Positions 21,345 to 29,985 of a stretch of 64,000 nucleotides of DNA are shown piece after piece (position 1 is the first letter of the stretch; each line of letters starts with the position of its first letter). Below the pieces are notes generated by a model, which worked only from the letters and a program-made list of their open reading frames with translations, was not told the DNA's origin and searched no databases. The stretch comes from Alphaproteobacteria bacterium. Lineage in GTDB: Bacteria; Pseudomonadota; Alphaproteobacteria; GCA-2746255. The translations under genes were made by a program, and so were the position numbers. Location of the stretch: assembly GCA_965249135.1 (NCBI GenBank), contig OZ252220.1:1312001-1376000 (forward strand), written 5' to 3'.

Positions 21345-23378
21345 ATGCCTTCTGCGAGTCCCTATCCGCACCTGCTTCGGCCCCTCGACCTTGGCTTTGC
21401 GCGGCTCAAGAACCGGGTCGTCATGGGCTCCATGCACACTCGGCTCGAGGCCGAGGAGCGGGGCTTCGAGAAGCTGGCCGCCTTCTACGCGGAGCGCGCC
21501 CGGGCCGAGGTCGGGCTCATCGTCACCGGCGGCTTCGCGCCGAACCCGGACAGCATCCTTGGCCCCGGCTGTGCGAAGCTTACGACGGAAGAAGAAGTCG
21601 CCGAGCACCGCAAGGTAACGCAGGCCGTACACGGGCACGGCGGCGTTATCTGCCTGCAGATCCTCCACCCGGGGCGCTATTCGCAGCTCGATTATTCACT
21701 CGCGCCGTCGGCCATTCGCTCGCCGATCAGCAAGGTGACCCCAAAGGCGATGACGGAAGCGGAAATCGAGCGGACGATCCAGGATTTTGCCGATTGCACG
21801 GTGCTCGCCCGACGGGCCGGCTATGACGGCGTCGAGATCATGGGTTCGGAAGGCTACCTCATCAACCAGTTCACGACGCGCCACGTGAACCACCGGACGG
21901 ACGGCTGGGGGGGAACGATCGAGAACCGCATTCGTTTCCCGCTGGAGATCGTGCGTCGCACGCGCAAAGCCGTGGGCGATGTCTTCATCATCATCTACCG
22001 GCTTTCGATGATCGACCTCGTCGAAGACGGCAACACGCAAGAAGAGATCATCTTCCAGGGCCGGGAAATCGAAAAGGCGGGTGCGACGCTCATCAATTCC
22101 GGCATCGGTTGGCACGAGGCGCGCATCCCGACGATCGCCCAGATGGTCCCGCGCGCCACCTTCGTAGACGTCATCGCCGCCGTGAAGCAAGCGCTTTCCA
22201 TTCCCGTCGTGGCGACGAACCGGATCAACACGCCGGAGATCGCGGAAAGCATTCTGGCGAAGGGCCAGGCCGACCTTGTCTCGATGGCGCGGCCTTTCCT
22301 CGCGGACGAGGCCTTCGTGCAAAAGGCGATGGAGGGCCGGGCGGACGAAATCAACACCTGCATCGCGTGCAACGAAGCCTGCCTCGATTACATCTTTACG
22401 GAGCGGCCGGCGTCCTGCCTGGTCAATCCGAGAGCCGGCCGCGAGTTGGAGATCCGCATCACGCCTGCCAAGGAAATCAAGAAGATCGCCGTCGTCGGCG
22501 CCGGGCCCGCCGGGCTTGCCTTTGCCATCACGGCAGCCGAACGAGGGCACAAGGTGACGCTTTTCGAGGCCGGCCCCGACATCGGCGGGCAGTTGAACCT
22601 CGCCGTCAATATCCCCGGCAAGGAAGAGTTCTTCGAGACGCTACGCTACTACCGGAAGATGATCGAAAAGCACGGCGTCGATGTGCGCGTGAACACGCGG
22701 GCCGAAGCCAATGAGCTGATCAAGGGAAACTACGTCGAGGTCGTCCTTTCGACCGGCGTCAAGGCACGCGCGCCAAAGATCGAGGGCATCGATCACCCGA
22801 TGGTGCTTTCCTATGAAGAAGTCATCGGCCAGGGGAAGGCGGTCGGCCAGCGGGTGGCGATCATCGGCGCCGGCGGCATCGGCTTCGACGTCGCCGAATA
22901 TTTGACGACGCCGGAAGGCCCGCCGGAAAGCCAGGACATCGATGCCTTCCTCGGCGCCTGGGGGATCGACAAGAACGTTGCAACCGCGGGTGGCCTTAAA
23001 CGTCCGGTGCCGGAGAAGATCGCCCGCGAGGTTTATCTCCTGCAGCGCAAGACGACAATGCATGGCCGAAACCTTGGCCGGTCGACCGGCTGGATTCACC
23101 GGCTCACCATCGAGAAACGGAACGTGCACACGATCGGCGGCGTCACCTACCGGAAGATCGACGATCACGGGCTCCACATCACGGTGGACGGCGAGGATCG
23201 GCTGTTGGAAGTGGACAACGTCGTCGTCTGCGCCGGTCAGGAACCGAACCGCGACCTTCACGGCGCGCTCACCACGGCCGGCATCTCGTCCCATCTGATC
23301 GGTGGCGCCGAAGAGGCGATCGAGTTGGATGCGAGCCGCGCCATCGATATCGGCACGCGGCTGGCCGCCCGCGTCTAG
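21345..23378 (+). CDS. fadH: NADPH-dependent 2,4-dienoyl-CoA reductase
   Basis: NRVVMGSMHTRLE, GVEIMGSEGYLINQF, GIGWHEARIPTIA, CIACNEACLD Fe-S motif, CLVNPRAG, STGWIHR. Confidence 0.93.
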   Translation: MPSASPYPHLLRPLDLGFARLKNRVVMGSMHTRLEAEERGFEKLAAFYAERARAEVGLIVTGGFAPNPDSILGPGCAKLTTEEEVAEHRKVTQAVHGHGGVICLQILHPGRYSQLDYSLAPSAIRSPISKVTPKAMTEAEIERTIQDFADCTVLARRAGYDGVEIMGSEGYLINQFTTRHVNHRTDGWGGTIENRIRFPLEIVRRTRKAVGDVFIIIYRLSMIDLVEDGNTQEEIIFQGREIEKAGATLINSGIGWHEARIPTIAQMVPRATFVDVIAAVKQALSIPVVATNRINTPEIAESILAKGQADLVSMARPFLADEAFVQKAMEGRADEINTCIACNEACLDYIFTERPASCLVNPRAGRELEIRITPAKEIKKIAVVGAGPAGLAFAITAAERGHKVTLFEAGPDIGGQLNLAVNIPGKEEFFETLRYYRKMIEKHGVDVRVNTRAEANELIKGNYVEVVLSTGVKARAPKIEGIDHPMVLSYEEVIGQGKAVGQRVAIIGAGGIGFDVAEYLTTPEGPPESQDIDAFLGAWGIDKNVATAGGLKRPVPEKIAREVYLLQRKTTMHGRNLGRSTGWIHRLTIEKRNVHTIGGVTYRKIDDHGLHITVDGEDRLLEVDNVVVCAGQEPNRDLHGALTTAGISSHLIGGAEEAIELDASRAIDIGTRLAARV

Positions 23379-23497
23379 GCCCTTTCCCCGCGCTCGTGGC
23401 GAGCCCTCGCCTTGGGCTTGCAAAGCCTCGTCCTGCCATGCAAAAATTTGTCCGGACAAATTTTCCGCCGCCAACCGCTTCATCTTGGGAGAATGCC

Positions 23498-24016
23498 ATG
23501 GTCGCCGAAGCAAAGCCCGTCGGGCCGAATCGCACCCGTGAATCCTATGGCCGCTATTTCGAGGACTTCCGGGTCGGAGACATCTACGAACACCGGCCTG
23601 GACGGACGATCACGGATTACGACAACACCTCCTTCACGCTGCTTACGATGAACACGCATCCCCTCCACTTCGACGCGGCCTATGCGGCGAAGAGCGAGTT
23701 CGGGAAACCCCTCGTCAACAGCGCGCTTACGCTTGCCATCGTGCTCGGCATGAGCGTGAGCGATGTAAGTCAGAAGGCGATCGCTAATCTCGGCTGGAAG
23801 GAGATCCGTCTGCTCAAGCCGGTCTTCGTCGGCGACACGATCTATGCGGAATCGGAGGTGCTGGAAGCGCGGGCAAGCAAAAAGCGCCCCGTGGCGGGCG
23901 TCGTCACCGTCCGGACGACCGGCAAGAAGGCGGACGGCACCATCTTCATGGTCTTCGAGCGAAGCGCCCTCGTTCCGAAGCGCGGACATTCCGTCGACGA
24001 CCAAGCGGATTACTAA
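23498..24016 (+). CDS. MaoC-family (R)-hydratase, itaconyl-CoA hydratase (Ich/RipB)-like
   Basis: GRYFEDFRVGDIYEHRPGRTIT..DN..FTLLTMNTHPLHFD, ANLGW, PVFVGDTIYAESEV; start at ATG 23498 after GGGAG. Confidence 0.8.
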   Translation: MVAEAKPVGPNRTRESYGRYFEDFRVGDIYEHRPGRTITDYDNTSFTLLTMNTHPLHFDAAYAAKSEFGKPLVNSALTLAIVLGMSVSDVSQKAIANLGWKEIRLLKPVFVGDTIYAESEVLEARASKKRPVAGVVTVRTTGKKADGTIFMVFERSALVPKRGHSVDDQADY

Positions 24017-24031
24017 TCAGGGAAGGAAATC

Positions 24032-25177
24032 ATGATGAGCGAAAGCGATACGCTGGTCCTCGACGCCATCGACAAATTCCTCGAGCGGGACGTGCGGCCC
24101 CGCGTCCTTGAGCTTGAGCAGAACGACATCTATCCGGAAGAAATCGTGGAGAAGATGAAGGCGCTTGGCCTTTTCGGCGCGATGATCCCGAGTGAATATG
24201 GTGGCCTTGGCCTCAAGGCGACGCTGTACGCCGAGATCGTCGAGCGCATCAGCAGCGTCTGGATGACGCTTGCCGGCATCTTCAACTCGCACCTGATCAT
24301 GGCGACCGCCGTGCTTCGTTACGGCACGGAGGACCAGAAGAAGACCTTCTTGCCGCGTTTTGCAACCGGCGAGTTTCGCGGCGGTCTCGCCCTCACCGAG
24401 CCGGATGGCGGCACGGACCTTCAGGCGATCCGCACGACGGCCCGGCGCGAGGGCGATGTTTATGTCGTGAACGGCGCGAAAAGCTGGATTACGAACGGCG
24501 CCGAGGGCTCCTGCTTCGCGCTGCTCGTCAAGACGGACCCGAAGGCGGAGCCGCGCATGCGCGGGATCAGCCTTCTGCTTGCCGAAAAGGGGCCGGGTTT
24601 CCATGTCGGCAAGAAGCTCAAGAAGCTTGGCTACCGCGGCGTGGATACGGTCGAGATGAGTTTCGAGGATTACCGCATCCCCACCGACCGCCTGATCGGC
24701 GGCGAGGAAGGCCACGGCCTCAACCAAGCGCTTTCGGGACTCGAGATCGGACGCGTCAACGTCGCCGCCCGCGGCGTCGGCGTCGCCAAGGCCGCGCTCG
24801 ACGAGGCGCTCGCCTATGCGCAAGTGCGCAAGACCTTCGGCAAGCCGATCGCCCAGCATCAGGCGATCCAGTTGAAGCTCGCCGACATGGCGACCCGCGT
24901 CGAGGCGGCCAGGCTCTTGACCCGGTGGGCGGCGGAAGCCTTCGACGCCGGCGAGCGTTGCGACATGGAGGTCGGCATGGCGAAGCTTTTCGCCAGCGAA
25001 GCGGCGATTGAGAACTCCCTTGAGGCGATGCGCATCCACGGCGCCTATGGCTATTCCAAGGAATTCAATTTGGAGCGCTATTACCGCGACGCGCCGCTAC
25101 TGGCGATCGGCGAGGGCACGAACGAAATCCAGCGCCTCGTCATCGCCCGGCAGCTTGTCGAGCGGAACCCCGTTTAA
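24032..25177 (+). CDS. Acyl-CoA dehydrogenase
   Basis: LALTEPDGGTDLQAIRT, GAKSWITN, KLGYRGVDT, HGAYGYSKE, IGEGTNEIQR. Confidence 0.92.
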   Translation: MMSESDTLVLDAIDKFLERDVRPRVLELEQNDIYPEEIVEKMKALGLFGAMIPSEYGGLGLKATLYAEIVERISSVWMTLAGIFNSHLIMATAVLRYGTEDQKKTFLPRFATGEFRGGLALTEPDGGTDLQAIRTTARREGDVYVVNGAKSWITNGAEGSCFALLVKTDPKAEPRMRGISLLLAEKGPGFHVGKKLKKLGYRGVDTVEMSFEDYRIPTDRLIGGEEGHGLNQALSGLEIGRVNVAARGVGVAKAALDEALAYAQVRKTFGKPIAQHQAIQLKLADMATRVEAARLLTRWAAEAFDAGERCDMEVGMAKLFASEAAIENSLEAMRIHGAYGYSKEFNLERYYRDAPLLAIGEGTNEIQRLVIARQLVERNPV

Positions 25178-25190
25178 GAGGCGAGAAAAG

Positions 25191-26378
25191 ATGCTGCCCC
25201 TGGATGGTTTTCGCATTCTCGCCGTCGAGCAATATGGCGCCGGCCCCTTCGGGACGATGCTGCTGGGCGATCTTGGCGCCGAAATCATCAAGATCGAGAA
25301 CCCCGCCGAAGGCGGCGACATGGCGCGCGCCGTCGGCCCCTATTTTCTCGACTCCGGCGACAGCGAGTTCTTCCAGAGCTTCAACCGCAACAAGAAAAGC
25401 CTGACGCTGAACCTGAAGACGGCCGAGGGGCGCAAGACGCTGCACGACCTCGTGCGCACGGCGGACGGGCTGCTCGACAATCTGCGCGGCGACTTGCCGG
25501 AAAAACTCGGCCTCACCTACGCCGCGCTTCGCAACGTGAATCCCCGCATCGTCTGCGCCCATCTCTCGGCCTATGGGCGCGAGGGGGAACGCGCCGCCTG
25601 GCCCGGCTACGACTATCTCATGCAGGCAGAGTCCGGCTGTTTGCGCCTCACCGGCGAGCCGGACGGGCCACCGTCCCGCTGCGGCGTTTCCATCGTCGAC
25701 ATGATGACGGGTATCACGGCCAGCTTCGCGCTGCTTTCCGGCATGCTGGGCGCGCGCGTAAGCGGCCATGGCTTCGATCTCGACGCAAGCCTCTTCGATA
25801 CGGCGCTCCACAACCTTTCCTATCTTGCGACCTGGTACCTGAACGAGGGCGTGAACCAGGGCCGCAAAGCGCGCTCGAGCCATCCCTCGCTGACGCCGAG
25901 CCAGCTTTTCCGCACGAAGGACGGCTGGATCTTCATCATGTGCAACAAGGAGAAGTTCTGGCCCATTCTGGCCCGCGCCGTCGATCGTCCGGAATGGGCG
26001 GAAGACCCGGCCTTTCGCACCTTCGCCGACCGCCTGAAGCAACGGCGGAAATTGACGGAAATGCTGGACGCGGCATTGCAGGCGCGAACGACGGCGGCCT
26101 GGCTTGCCCATTTCGCAGGCCGCGTGCCGGCGGCGCCCGTCTACGACGTGCAACAAGCCCTCGACAATCCTTTCGTCAAGGCAAACGGCAATATCGGCAC
26201 CTTCCCCCACCCGACGCGGGAAGGCTTCGAGATGCTGCTCGGCCCCATCCGCGTCGGCGGCGAGGCGCCCCGCGCCGAACCGGCGCCGGCGCTCGGCGCG
26301 GACACAGACGCGCTCCTCGAAGGGCTCGGCTACGACAAGGCGCGGATCGCAGGCTTGCGCGAGAAGGGGATAATCTGA
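25191..26378 (+). CDS. Family III CoA-transferase (CaiB/BaiF)
   Basis: GAGPFGTMLLGDLGAEIIKIE, NRNKKSLTLNLK, GYDYLMQAESG, IVDMMTG; start at ATG 25191. Confidence 0.92.
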   Translation: MLPLDGFRILAVEQYGAGPFGTMLLGDLGAEIIKIENPAEGGDMARAVGPYFLDSGDSEFFQSFNRNKKSLTLNLKTAEGRKTLHDLVRTADGLLDNLRGDLPEKLGLTYAALRNVNPRIVCAHLSAYGREGERAAWPGYDYLMQAESGCLRLTGEPDGPPSRCGVSIVDMMTGITASFALLSGMLGARVSGHGFDLDASLFDTALHNLSYLATWYLNEGVNQGRKARSSHPSLTPSQLFRTKDGWIFIMCNKEKFWPILARAVDRPEWAEDPAFRTFADRLKQRRKLTEMLDAALQARTTAAWLAHFAGRVPAAPVYDVQQALDNPFVKANGNIGTFPHPTREGFEMLLGPIRVGGEAPRAEPAPALGADTDALLEGLGYDKARIAGLREKGII

Positions 26379-27178
26379 TGGCGCGGCGTGCGCCCGCGCT
26401 AGAACCGGGCGTGCCGCGCTACCGCGCCGTCGCCGCGGCGCTGGGCCGGGCGATTGCCAGCGGCGAGCACGCCGTCGGCGCGATGCTGCCGCCCGAGAAG
26501 ACGCTGTGTGCCACCTTCGGCGTCAGCCGGCACACGATCCGCGAGGCCATTCGGCTGATCGAATCGGAAGGCCTAGTGACGCGCCGCCAGGGCTCCGGCA
26601 CGACCGTGCGCCGTGCCGGGTCCGATGCGCGCTACGTCCAGTCCCTGGATTCCCTCGACGAGCTTTTGCAATACGCCGCCGAAACGAGGCTTCGCGTTCA
26701 CAAGACGCGCGAGATCGTCGTCGGAAGCGAAGCGGAACGCCGGCTGCTTGGCGCCGCCCTCGGCGAACGCTGGCTTCGCATCGAAGCGATACGCCTTGCC
26801 GGCGCCAGGGCCGGCGCCAGGGCCGGCGCCAGGAAGGATCTGCCGATCGCCTGGACGACGCTTTATCTGCCGGAACGATTCCGCGTCCTTCGCGAAACGA
26901 TCGGCGACGCCCATGAGGCCTGCGGGGCCCGCGAGGCCGTCTATCGCTTGATCGAGAAGCGTTTCGGGACGCGGATCGCCGAGGTCGAACAGGAAATCGG
27001 CGCCGCCGTCATCGAAGGCGGGATGGCGGAAAGGCTTGGCGTCGATCCCGGCACGCCCGGCCTTCGCATCACGCGGCGCTATCTCGACGTGGCCGGCGTG
27101 CCGCTGGAGGTCGCCGTGAACCTGCACCCGGCCGAGCGGTTCGCCTACCGGATGCGGCTACGGCGCGAGCGCGCCTAG
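26378..27178 (+). CDS. GntR (HutC/UTRA) family transcriptional regulator
   Basis: PRYRAVAAAL, LPPEKTLCATFGVSRHTIREAIRLIESEGLVTRRQGSGT HTH plus UTRA; ATG overlaps upstream TGA. Confidence 0.9.
   Translation: MARRAPALEPGVPRYRAVAAALGRAIASGEHAVGAMLPPEKTLCATFGVSRHTIREAIRLIESEGLVTRRQGSGTTVRRAGSDARYVQSLDSLDELLQYAAETRLRVHKTREIVVGSEAERRLLGAALGERWLRIEAIRLAGARAGARAGARKDLPIAWTTLYLPERFRVLRETIGDAHEACGAREAVYRLIEKRFGTRIAEVEQEIGAAVIEGGMAERLGVDPGTPGLRITRRYLDVAGVPLEVAVNLHPAERFAYRMRLRRERA
26798..26833 (+). repeat. 12-bp tandem repeat x3 (GCCGGCGCCAGG) encoding AGAR x3 inside the GntR gene
   Basis: Three exact copies at 26798, 26810, 26822. Confidence 0.9.
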
Positions 27179-29352
27179 CGGTAGTGCAGGACGCGGTATT
27201 TGTCGAACTCGATCCGCTTGCCCGGTGGAATGACGACGGTCGTCATCGGATCGCGGATGATGGCCGGGCCTTCGACGACGTTGCCGGCGGCAAGCGCCTC
27301 CATCTGCCAGACTTGAAAGTCCTGCCAGGCGTCTCGATGGAACACCTTGCGCGTCTCGACATACGCCGAATCGGTGGGCTTGGCCCCGGCCAGGGGGTGT
27401 TCGATGATCGCCGGCTGAGGCTTCGGGGCTACCGCCTGAATGTAAAGCTCGGTGATCGAATAGCCGGCGTCCGGGAAACGCGCGCCTTCCGGATAGATCT
27501 TCGTATACATGTCTTCGAAGGCGGCGACGATGCGATCGACGTCGGCCGCCGATTTCAGCGTGCCGAAATCGAGCGGCGTATCGAAGCTTTCGAGCTGGCC
27601 GAGATAGCGGACATAGGTGCCATAGCGGAAGGAAAGCTGTTTTAGGTCGACGCCTTCCTGCGCCATCTCGTCCTTGGCCGCCTGCTCAAGGCCGCGCCAG
27701 GACGCATCGAGCCGCTTCGCCATTTCCGCTTTCTCCGTTTCCTCCATGCCGTTCGGCACGAGTTCGACGAAGCCGCGATGGTAGCGATGCATGTATTCGG
27801 CGCAGGCCGCGCCGAAGGCCGAGAAGCCGGCTGCCCAGGGGAAGGTGATGACGTTGGCCAGGTCGATCCCTTCCGAATAGCCCCACATGTGGACGGGCCC
27901 GGCGCCGCCATAGCACAGCAAGGTGAAGTCGCGGGGGTTGTAGCCCTTCGAGGTGATCATCGTCGACGCCAGGTCGCGCATTTGCGTGTTGATGACCTCA
28001 AGCACGCCGCTGCCCGCCTCGTAGACGTCGAGGCCCAGCGGCTTCGCGATCACGCGCTCGAGTTCCGCATGGGCCCGGTCCTTGTCGAGCTTGACCTTGC
28101 CGCCCAGGAAATAGTCGGGATCGACGTAACCGAGGACGACATTGACGTCGGTGACGGTCAGGCGGTCGTATTTGTAGCAGATGCCGACATCGGCGCCGGC
28201 CGATTCGGGACCGACGCGCAGGCGCTTATAGGCGTCGATCTCGATCGCCGAACCGGCGCCGGAACCCGCCGAATCGATCGCCACCATCGGCAGCGCCAGG
28301 CGGTGCCCGGCGAAGTCGGCGTCCTTGCGAATGCCCAGCATGCCGTTGACCAGCAGACCCACGTCGAAGCTGGTGCCGCCCATGTCCGCCGTGATCGCGT
28401 TCTTGATGCCGAGCTTGTCGGCAAAAATCTGGGCGCCCATGAGCCCGCCGATGGGCCCGGAGATGATCGTCTCGTAAAGGCGCGGATAGTCCATGTTGAC
28501 GGCGCCGCCATAGGAAAGCAGCGTCAACAGCCGGCCGTCATAACCTTCCTTGACCGCCGCGTTCTCGACGCTGAGAAGGGATTCGCGCGTCAGTTCGGCC
28601 GCGAAGCATTGGATCAACAGGCTTTTCAGGCGATTGTTCTCGCGCGAAACCGGCGCGACGTCGGCGGAACAGACGACCGGAATCTTGCGCCCGCTTTTTT
28701 CGACGATCGCCTCGGCGATCCGCCGCGCGGTGTTCTCGTTCTCCGGGTTGACGTAGGAATTCAGGAACATGATGCCGATCACCTCGACGCCACCGGCGAG
28801 GAGGCGTTCCACGCCCTTGCGGACGTGGTCCTCGTTGACCGGGATCATGACCTCACCGGCGCCCATGTGGGACTGCATGAAATAGCTGCCGCCCGAGATG
28901 CGCTCGCTGATGCCGATGACGTTGCGCGGATCGACCATCGGGCGCGTGTGCTCGTGCAATTGCTGATGCAGGATTTCGGCCTGGGTCTGGCCAAGATAGG
29001 TGAGCCCGCCTTCCATGACGCTTATATGTTCGAACCCACGCGTCACCAGAAGGCCTACCTTGCGGCCGGTGCCGGTGAGAAGCGTGTTCAGCATGCCGGT
29101 GCCGGCGTAGATGGCGACGGAAGCTTGGCTGTGCACGTCCGTCGATTTCAGCCCCAGGGTCAGCGCCGCGTCTTCGACGGATTCGAGGTAGCTCGACGCC
29201 TCGTCTTTCCGGTTCGTCAGCGACTTGCCGATCGTGAAGTCGCCATCCGGCTTGACGAGGATCGTGTCCGTCATCGTTCCGCCTGCGTCAAGCGCGAGGA
29301 TGTAATTTTTTCCGTTCCCAGAAGAACCCGGTGACGCGGCGCCATTCGCCAT
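27175..29352 (-). CDS. Acetone-carboxylase-family beta (ATP-binding, AcxA/hydantoinase A-like) subunit
   Basis: LALDAGGTMTDT, YAGTGMLNTLL, ETIISGPIGG, ADMGGTSFD, GSGAGS, YGGAGPVH, GPAII; start ATG 29352 after GGGAG. Confidence 0.88.
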   Translation of the reverse strand: MANGAASPGSSGNGKNYILALDAGGTMTDTILVKPDGDFTIGKSLTNRKDEASSYLESVEDAALTLGLKSTDVHSQASVAIYAGTGMLNTLLTGTGRKVGLLVTRGFEHISVMEGGLTYLGQTQAEILHQQLHEHTRPMVDPRNVIGISERISGGSYFMQSHMGAGEVMIPVNEDHVRKGVERLLAGGVEVIGIMFLNSYVNPENENTARRIAEAIVEKSGRKIPVVCSADVAPVSRENNRLKSLLIQCFAAELTRESLLSVENAAVKEGYDGRLLTLLSYGGAVNMDYPRLYETIISGPIGGLMGAQIFADKLGIKNAITADMGGTSFDVGLLVNGMLGIRKDADFAGHRLALPMVAIDSAGSGAGSAIEIDAYKRLRVGPESAGADVGICYKYDRLTVTDVNVVLGYVDPDYFLGGKVKLDKDRAHAELERVIAKPLGLDVYEAGSGVLEVINTQMRDLASTMITSKGYNPRDFTLLCYGGAGPVHMWGYSEGIDLANVITFPWAAGFSAFGAACAEYMHRYHRGFVELVPNGMEETEKAEMAKRLDASWRGLEQAAKDEMAQEGVDLKQLSFRYGTYVRYLGQLESFDTPLDFGTLKSAADVDRIVAAFEDMYTKIYPEGARFPDAGYSITELYIQAVAPKPQPAIIEHPLAGAKPTDSAYVETRKVFHRDAWQDFQVWQMEALAAGNVVEGPAIIRDPMTTVVIPPGKRIEFDKYRVLHYR

Positions 29353-29408
29353 GGATAAAGTCTCCCTGTTCGAAAAAACGTCCGGCAATCGGACGCATCG
29401 GGCTTTTT

Positions 29409-29975
29409 TTAAGCTTTGCCCTTGGCCCAGCCGGCCGTTAATTCATGTGTCCGGTCCTGGTACCAGTCCGGCTTCGCATCGGAAAGTGGCCGCTCGACAA
29501 AATCCCGGTAGAAACGGTCGAGATCGGGCAGCATCTCGAAGACGATCGGGTAGCCCGGCGGCACGACCTCGACCGCAAGCTGCGCCGCGCAGCCCGGGCA
29601 ATAGAATTCACGAATAACGACCCACTCCGGATCGGGACACGCTTGGGAGGGGTAGTAGATCTCCTCGATCTCCTCCGGCGTCTCGCGCAGGCGAATAAGG
29701 GCGCTTAGTTTCCAATTCGCCCGGTAGTCGCCGAATTCCTGGCCGCAGTCGCATTTCACGACGCGATCGCCGTTTTCCTTACGCACGATGTAAAGATGAT
29801 CGGCAATCCGAAGAAGAATCGTATCGTCCCACGGCATGCGTTCCTGCAGGGCTTCGAGATAGGTCCAGAACCGTTCCGGGTCCTTTTGATCCATCTTGAG
29901 GAGCGAACGCGCGTCCTCGCGGCTGATCGTGCCTTCGATGAGCTGTTCGACGAGCCCTTTGTCCACCTTCGCCAT
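29409..29975 (-). CDS. Acetone-carboxylase-family gamma (Zn-binding, AcxC-like) subunit
   Basis: KDPERFWTYL, VKCDCGQEFGDYRANWKL, REFYCPGC (four Zn cysteines), PGYPIV..PDLDRFYRD. Confidence 0.9.
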   Translation of the reverse strand: MAKVDKGLVEQLIEGTISREDARSLLKMDQKDPERFWTYLEALQERMPWDDTILLRIADHLYIVRKENGDRVVKCDCGQEFGDYRANWKLSALIRLRETPEEIEEIYYPSQACPDPEWVVIREFYCPGCAAQLAVEVVPPGYPIVFEMLPDLDRFYRDFVERPLSDAKPDWYQDRTHELTAGWAKGKA

Positions 29976-29985
29976 GGGTCTGCTC

